64,000 bases of DNA from a virus, in the IMG/VR virus record IMGVR_UViG_3300025769_000069. One strand, given 5' to 3'. The position numbers were made by a program, and so were the translations under genes. Of the stretch, positions 59,159 to 64,000 are shown piece after piece. The notes under the pieces are model-generated. The model searched no databases. It worked only from the letters and a program-made list of their open reading frames with translations, and was not told the DNA's origin. The stretch's first letter is position 1. Each line of letters starts with the position of its first letter.

Positions 59159-59634
59159 AAAAAAGTGTATTAATGATCCCCCTACTTGCAATGGGAATTG
59201 CAACGGCAGCTGCTGCTAAGGAAAAAATTAATGTTGGTGATGTGGTTGTTTATGACCACACTACTACAGTTGTAACACAAATACCTAGTACCCAAACTAG
59301 ATGCCAAAATATAAAAGTTCCAATTTATGAAAGCGTACAAACTCAAGGCGATGCCGCAGGGGGTGCTTTGGCCGGCATGATTATTGGTGGCATCCTAGGT
59401 AAAGGCTTAACTGGTAAAGACGATGGAGCCGCAGCAGGTGCTGTTATGGGTGGTATTATTGGAGCTGATAAAGGTTCTAGACCTAAAACACAGCAACGAA
59501 TTGTTGGTTACGAAAATCAACAGCAATGCAGCGAAGTAATTGTGTACACCGATCAAAAACAAGAACGGTACAGTCATTCCACAATCCGCTTCTATTTAAA
59601 CGGTAAGCGTTACATTTTAGATTTTGTGAAGTAA
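59155..59634 (+). CDS. Exported glycine-zipper protein
   Basis: Signal peptide; GGALAGMIIGGILG...GAVMGGIIG. Confidence 0.8.
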   Translation: MKKSVLMIPLLAMGIATAAAAKEKINVGDVVVYDHTTTVVTQIPSTQTRCQNIKVPIYESVQTQGDAAGGALAGMIIGGILGKGLTGKDDGAAAGAVMGGIIGADKGSRPKTQQRIVGYENQQQCSEVIVYTDQKQERYSHSTIRFYLNGKRYILDFVK

Positions 59635-59674
59635 TGACTTGGTTGTTGGTTTGATCGTAATGTTTGGAGGTTAA

Positions 59675-60008
<334 letters not shown>

Positions 60009-60016
60009 GTTAAAAT

Positions 60017-60132
60017 CCACCTAAGAGTCTGCAGCTCTTGGGATGGTGAGTGACCATCAGCTCGTAATGATGCACGGTCTTCCGGTGTACGGTGGAGATA
60101 GGGAGAGGAGCACCTAGGAAGGTTCCTCTCCT
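60017..60132 (+). ncRNA. Unidentified structured RNA within the tRNA cluster
   Basis: TCCACC/GGTGGA closing stem around three hairpins, then a GGAGAGGA/TCCTCTCC hairpin. Confidence 0.5.
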
Positions 60133-60151
60133 GATTATATTATTACTTGTT

Positions 60152-60243
60152 GGAGAGTTGGCAGAGTCTGGCTTAATGCAACGGTTTTGAAAACCGTCGA
60201 ACATGAAAGTGTTCCGTGGGTTCGAATCCCACACTCTCCGCCA
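60152..60243 (+). tRNA. tRNA-Ser(TGA)
   Basis: Long variable arm, TTTGAAA loop, CCA. Confidence 0.95.
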
Positions 60244-60250
60244 GTTTTAT

Positions 60251-60326
60251 GCGGATGTAGCTCAGTTGGTAGAGCGCGGTCCTTCCAAGTCCGATGTCGT
60301 CAGTTCGAATCTGATCATCCGCTCCA
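60251..60326 (+). tRNA. tRNA-Gly(TCC)
   Basis: CTTCCAA loop, CCA; one T-T mismatch in the anticodon stem. Confidence 0.93.
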
Positions 60327-60339
60327 AATTATATTATTA

Positions 60340-60416
60340 CTCGGTGTGGCGCAGTCTGGTAGCGCACCTGTTTTGGGTACAGGGGGTCGTTGGTTCGAAT
60401 CCAGCCACCGAGACCA
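60340..60416 (+). tRNA. tRNA-Pro(TGG)
   Basis: TTTGGGT loop, CCA. Confidence 0.95.
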
Positions 60417-60437
60417 ATTATAAACAGGAGAAATAAA

Positions 60438-60722
60438 ATGGAAGTAGTCGTAATATGGTTTTTGTCAATGGTGGCAATGAACACAGAAATCGAAAAGAAT
60501 AAAAATAATATTGATAGTTTAAATGCAGAAGTAGTAATGCTTCAAGTTGAAAACGCTAATATCAATAAACAACTGGCTGGACATGAGCAAGCTATTATTG
60601 ATACAGCTGCATCGCATTCTTCGTTTTATGCTCGTCAGCAAATTGATAACGATGTGTATGAGGATTCTATTGAAATTCTTAATCAAAGATTAAATGCATT
60701 AGAAAAACCTGAGCAAAACTAA
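60438..60722 (+). CDS. Coiled-coil protein with hydrophobic N-terminus
   Basis: AGGAG RBS; MEVVVIWFLSMVA. Confidence 0.65.
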   Translation: MEVVVIWFLSMVAMNTEIEKNKNNIDSLNAEVVMLQVENANINKQLAGHEQAIIDTAASHSSFYARQQIDNDVYEDSIEILNQRLNALEKPEQN

Positions 60723-60748
60723 TGCTGCTCAGGTTCTTATAGACATAA

Positions 60749-61153
60749 CTATTCTTTAGGTGCGCTCTTACCTTTAGAGTAAGCTTGCGCACCAAAGAAC
60801 GCAGCTACTAGGCCAGCGATAGCTACAAAGTACGTTGGAGCAATATCACCTACAATCTTTGCGGCTGCATCGATTCCTAGTATCGATGTAATCATAATAA
60901 GGACTGGATACAACAGCATACCCCATAGTGCAAACCATGCCATTGCTCTTATCTGGTCCTCTTTTTTATCTTCATTCTCTTGCATCTTTTTACGATGTTC
61001 GAACTCTGCTATTTCTTTAGCTCGAGCCATTTCTTCATCAGTAATGACTCCATCTCCATCTGCATCTAAATGTGCAAATATTGAATCAGGTTCTAGTGTT
61101 TTTGCTGCGGCCATTGTTTTCATCTCCACTCCGAATGCGTTTTTCTCAGCCAT
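60749..61153 (-). CDS. EF-hand-like loop plus two TM helices (holin-like)
   Basis: DADGDGVITDEE; AMAWFALWGMLLY; YFVAIAGLVAAFFG. Confidence 0.7.
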   Translation of the reverse strand: MAEKNAFGVEMKTMAAAKTLEPDSIFAHLDADGDGVITDEEMARAKEIAEFEHRKKMQENEDKKEDQIRAMAWFALWGMLLYPVLIMITSILGIDAAAKIVGDIAPTYFVAIAGLVAAFFGAQAYSKGKSAPKE

Positions 61154-61392
61154 TAAAGCTCTTCCTCGATGTAATAATCATCACTGCCGCCTGGATTCAT
61201 AATTGTGTTTCCAAATTCTGCTGCAGCCCATGTCATGACTAAAATAGCTAAAAGGCCAATAAAGACCCACTTCATCTTCATGTCATCTACGACCATTTTG
61301 ATCCCAATCATTTCATTACCAAGAACTCTGAATTGTAATTCCATTTTGCCTTCTGGCATATCTGTCGGTTCGTTTTTTAATTCATCAGCCAT
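61153..61392 (-). CDS. Small membrane protein
   Basis: MADELKNE...FRVLGNE...TM. Confidence 0.65.
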   Translation of the reverse strand: MADELKNEPTDMPEGKMELQFRVLGNEMIGIKMVVDDMKMKWVFIGLLAILVMTWAAAEFGNTIMNPGGSDDYYIEEEL

Positions 61393-61849
61393 TTTGTTTC
61401 TCCTCTGCAGCTTTAACTTCTTCAGCAGAGACAACACCTTCTGCAATAAGTCTTGCGCGGTTTTGAGCATGTTGTGCTTGAACGTCATCTTTTGATTCTC
61501 CAAAGTATGGAACACAATGTCCTTCCTCAATCATTACTTCAGTTACAAAGCGACCATCTTTACCAATAAAATCGCCTAGTACACGACCAAACTTGCCGCG
61601 CATATCTTCGCCATCTTTTGCAATTTGAGTTTTAAGGGTTGTTACTTCACCAAGTAGTTCTTTTAATCTATTTTTAGCTGCTAGACCAAAGATTTTTTCT
61701 ACTTTGTCTGATGTGCGCGATTCTGGCGTATCAATACCCATAATACGCACACGTTCATCTGTTAGTCTAATACCGAAACCAAGATCGATATCTACATCAA
61801 CAGTATCACCGTCAACCACCTTATTGACGTAAGCTCTATATTCATACAT
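61385..61849 (-). CDS. Thermonuclease (SNase-like)
   Basis: VVDGDTVD, RIMGIDTPESR, GKFGRVLG. Confidence 0.9.
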   Translation of the reverse strand: MYEYRAYVNKVVDGDTVDVDIDLGFGIRLTDERVRIMGIDTPESRTSDKVEKIFGLAAKNRLKELLGEVTTLKTQIAKDGEDMRGKFGRVLGDFIGKDGRFVTEVMIEEGHCVPYFGESKDDVQAQHAQNRARLIAEGVVSAEEVKAAEEKQNG

Positions 61850-61916
61850 ATACTTATCCTTATCCTGTTATATGTTGCATATAGAATATCGAATAAGTAT
61901 CAATTCAGAGTAATTG

Positions 61917-61928
61917 TATTTATAAATA
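61917..61928. promoter_or_regulatory. Bidirectional late promoter
   Basis: Palindrome TATTTATAAATA gives TATAAATA on both strands between divergent genes. Confidence 0.7.
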
Positions 61929-62261
61929 ATATTGGATTTACGAGAGGAGATATATTATGGAACAGGAGAGATACCATGAATGGATTAAAAGAAAATTCAA
62001 AGAACTCCGTGAAGAAGAGCAAATCAATCAAAGAACTAAAGCTTCCGAAAATATCAAAAGAGATGAATTGGCTCCAGATAGACAAAATCTTGTGGGACAT
62101 GATTTCGCAGTGGGATGGGAAGAACAAGGAAGCTCTATTAGAACACGTTTCCAAAGCTTTTAATTGGACAGAAAAACAATCAAAAAGCGCTTGTGAAATG
62201 CATTTTATTATGTACAATAAAAAGAATACGTGATAGAATAATCCTATATGAAGGAGTTATC

Positions 62262-62828
62262 ATGAATATTTTTATTTTATCAAAAGACCCTATTGAAGCC
62301 GCACAAATGCAATGTGACAAGCATGTTGTTAAGATGATTGTTGAATCAGCACAAATGCTATCCACAGCTCACCGTATGCTAGACGGCAACGTTGAAATGC
62401 GGCCATCAAAATCTGGTAAGCGTATGGTAAAATACTATGTGCATCCAGATGAACTTATGGAAGAATATCTATATAAAGCCGTGCATCATGGTCATCCATC
62501 AACAGTATGGACAATGGAATCCCGGGCGAATTATGCTTGGCATTATATGCACTTCATTGCTCTATGCGATGAGTACTTCCATCGCTATAATAAACACCAT
62601 AGCACCTATGATAGGTTGTCTGATTTACTTATGCAGATTCCAGACAATATTCCAACCAATAATTATAAGATGACGCCATTTAAACTAGCAATGGCCGACT
62701 ATCCTGAATGCATCGCTCTTGGCGATCCAGTTGAGGCATATCGTGCATTCTATCAAACCAAGCAATCACGATTCAAGATGGCTTGGACTAACCGCAACGT
62801 ACCAGATTGGTTCAAGGAGGCAGCTTAA
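62262..62828 (+). CDS. Pyrimidine-dimer DNA glycosylase-like (DenV-related) protein
   Basis: MNIF...DKHVVKMIVESAQMLST, HPSTVW, AYRAFY. Confidence 0.78.
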   Translation: MNIFILSKDPIEAAQMQCDKHVVKMIVESAQMLSTAHRMLDGNVEMRPSKSGKRMVKYYVHPDELMEEYLYKAVHHGHPSTVWTMESRANYAWHYMHFIALCDEYFHRYNKHHSTYDRLSDLLMQIPDNIPTNNYKMTPFKLAMADYPECIALGDPVEAYRAFYQTKQSRFKMAWTNRNVPDWFKEAA

Positions 62829-62974
62829 TGCAAAAAGATAAATCCAAAGCAGAACGTATGTTAAGATCAGAATCCGCTCGTCAACGTAGACGTCAAAGGA
62901 AAAATATTGTAACAGAACGAACTTTAAATCTTTTTGCTAAACTTCGACGACTGAGACGAAAGAAAACAGCATAA
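62828..62974 (+). CDS. Very basic Arg-rich small protein
   Basis: AGGAGG RBS, TAATG coupling. Confidence 0.6.
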   Translation: MQKDKSKAERMLRSESARQRRRQRKNIVTERTLNLFAKLRRLRRKKTA

Positions 62975-62979
62975 AAGTG

Positions 62980-63060
62980 AAAAAAAGTGAGCTACTGCTC
63001 ACTTTTTTGTTTACAATTGATTAGAAATAGTGTAGTATAATAATATAAGGAATGAAAGGA
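62980..63060 (+). promoter_or_regulatory. Hairpin + early promoter + RBS cassette, copy 5
   Basis: AAAAAAGTGAGC-TACT-GCTCACTTTTTT, GTTTACA-17-TAGTAT. Confidence 0.9.
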
Positions 63061-63066
63061 AACACT

Positions 63067-63384
63067 ATGAAAATCACTGTTAAGCATATGGAACGCAACG
63101 AAATTACAGGCGATGTAATTGGTTTTACACCTGTAGCGGTGGTTGATGTAACTGACTTTTCTAACCACGGTGTTAATGAACAGCTTGAGTATGCATTCCG
63201 TTATACAAACAATGTAATGGGCAGCTGGTCTAAAAAAATTGGTGCTGATGCTAATGACGATGTAACTGTACTTGTTGAGCGTGAAGATGGTTTAGGTCTT
63301 CGTTCTACTTCAATGGGCGATCGTATGGAAATCGATGGTGTTGAGTATAGAGTTGCAATGGTTGGTTTTAAGGAGGTAGCATAA
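63067..63384 (+). CDS. Early hypothetical protein (RSTSMGD family)
   Basis: Follows cassette 5. Confidence 0.72.
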   Translation: MKITVKHMERNEITGDVIGFTPVAVVDVTDFSNHGVNEQLEYAFRYTNNVMGSWSKKIGADANDDVTVLVEREDGLGLRSTSMGDRMEIDGVEYRVAMVGFKEVA

Positions 63385-63521
63385 TGTCTCGCAGTGAAAG
63401 ATTACGCCGTATTGGAATTAGGTTTCACAATATTATTCGTAGGTCAGATAAGAAAGATCTCGAATTGATATTAGAGATGGTTGCTGAACAAATAAAAATC
63501 TTGGAGAAGGAGGTAGCGTAA
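63384..63521 (+). CDS. Early hypothetical protein
   Basis: AGGAGG RBS, TAATG coupling at both ends. Confidence 0.65.
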   Translation: MSRSERLRRIGIRFHNIIRRSDKKDLELILEMVAEQIKILEKEVA

Positions 63522-63913
63522 TGTATAGTGATTCTGGTTTTTCAGATCTTCATAAAGATGTTTATGGATTCCGTCCTCGTGGTGATCTTATGGATGAGTG
63601 GAATGCTCGTACACCTCGCCAGAAACAAGAGTTATGGAATGCTCTTTGCGATGAGCTTGAAACAAAAATCAAGCATGAAAAAATTGCTGAAGAAAAAGCT
63701 GTAGCTGAGTTCAAAGAACGTATTGAGCAAGCTCAAGTTTGGGGCGCAAGAGATTACTGGGACGCTCTTCGCTGGATCACCGGATGTGAAATTTTCTATC
63801 ACATTCAAGACGTTGAACATTTCGTATGGGAGCAGGGTATCCTGTTCACCGACTTTGGTAAGCAACTTATCAAAGACATCGCAAAAGTAACCGAATACAA
63901 GGAGTATGCATAA
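63521..63913 (+). CDS. Early hypothetical protein (SDLHKDVYGFRPR family)
   Basis: AGGAGG RBS; recognisable N-terminal motif. Confidence 0.75.
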   Translation: MYSDSGFSDLHKDVYGFRPRGDLMDEWNARTPRQKQELWNALCDELETKIKHEKIAEEKAVAEFKERIEQAQVWGARDYWDALRWITGCEIFYHIQDVEHFVWEQGILFTDFGKQLIKDIAKVTEYKEYA

Positions 63914-64000
63914 TGTTTAAGGTGTTTATGGAAGATATCAAGTTTATGGAAGAAGAACAGCGTCGCATTGAACCATTGACTATGCAAGGTGAGCAATCAT

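Noticed and set aside
60009-60132. tRNA-associated HDV-like (theta) or hammerhead ribozyme
   Set aside because: Could not find the nested double pseudoknot or the CUGANGA/GAAA cores by eye; kept as an unassigned RNA
60010-60436. ORF-track entries overlapping the tRNA cluster
   Set aside because: Spurious frames across tRNA genes

Overview
This 64 kb window comes from an AT-rich T4-like (Tevenvirus-related) myophage, almost all on the + strand. The host is very probably a marine alphaproteobacterium, judged from a two-piece permuted tmRNA with tag ANDNFAPSGFALAA, a class II NrdJ, a SleB hydrolase and a small porin-like gene. Core genes present: gp43 (3' part), a primase-like gene, UvsX, gp41, ThyX, RNase H, PhoH, glutaredoxin, NrdJ, spanins and four tRNAs. 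Accessory blocks: (1) a cytosine-hypermodification locus with dCMP hydroxymethylase, Nmad1, dCMP deaminase, a UDG-like gene, a glycosyltransferase, two UDP-uronate epimerases and a C5-methyltransferase homologue with an altered SAM motif. (2) A late operon of exported proteins resembling an usher-less pilin/chaperone fibre system. (3) About 9 kb of proteins with capsid-targeting-like N-termini, including ligase-fold, nucleotidyltransferase and nuclease-like enzymes and modular basic polyproteins. (4) A roughly 12 kb glycosyl/methyltransferase plus KdsA/KdsB island. (5) A GMP-reductase fragment overprinted by a new membrane ORF. (6) Five copies of a hairpin-promoter-RBS cassette. All protein calls come from motif recognition by eye; no searches were run.
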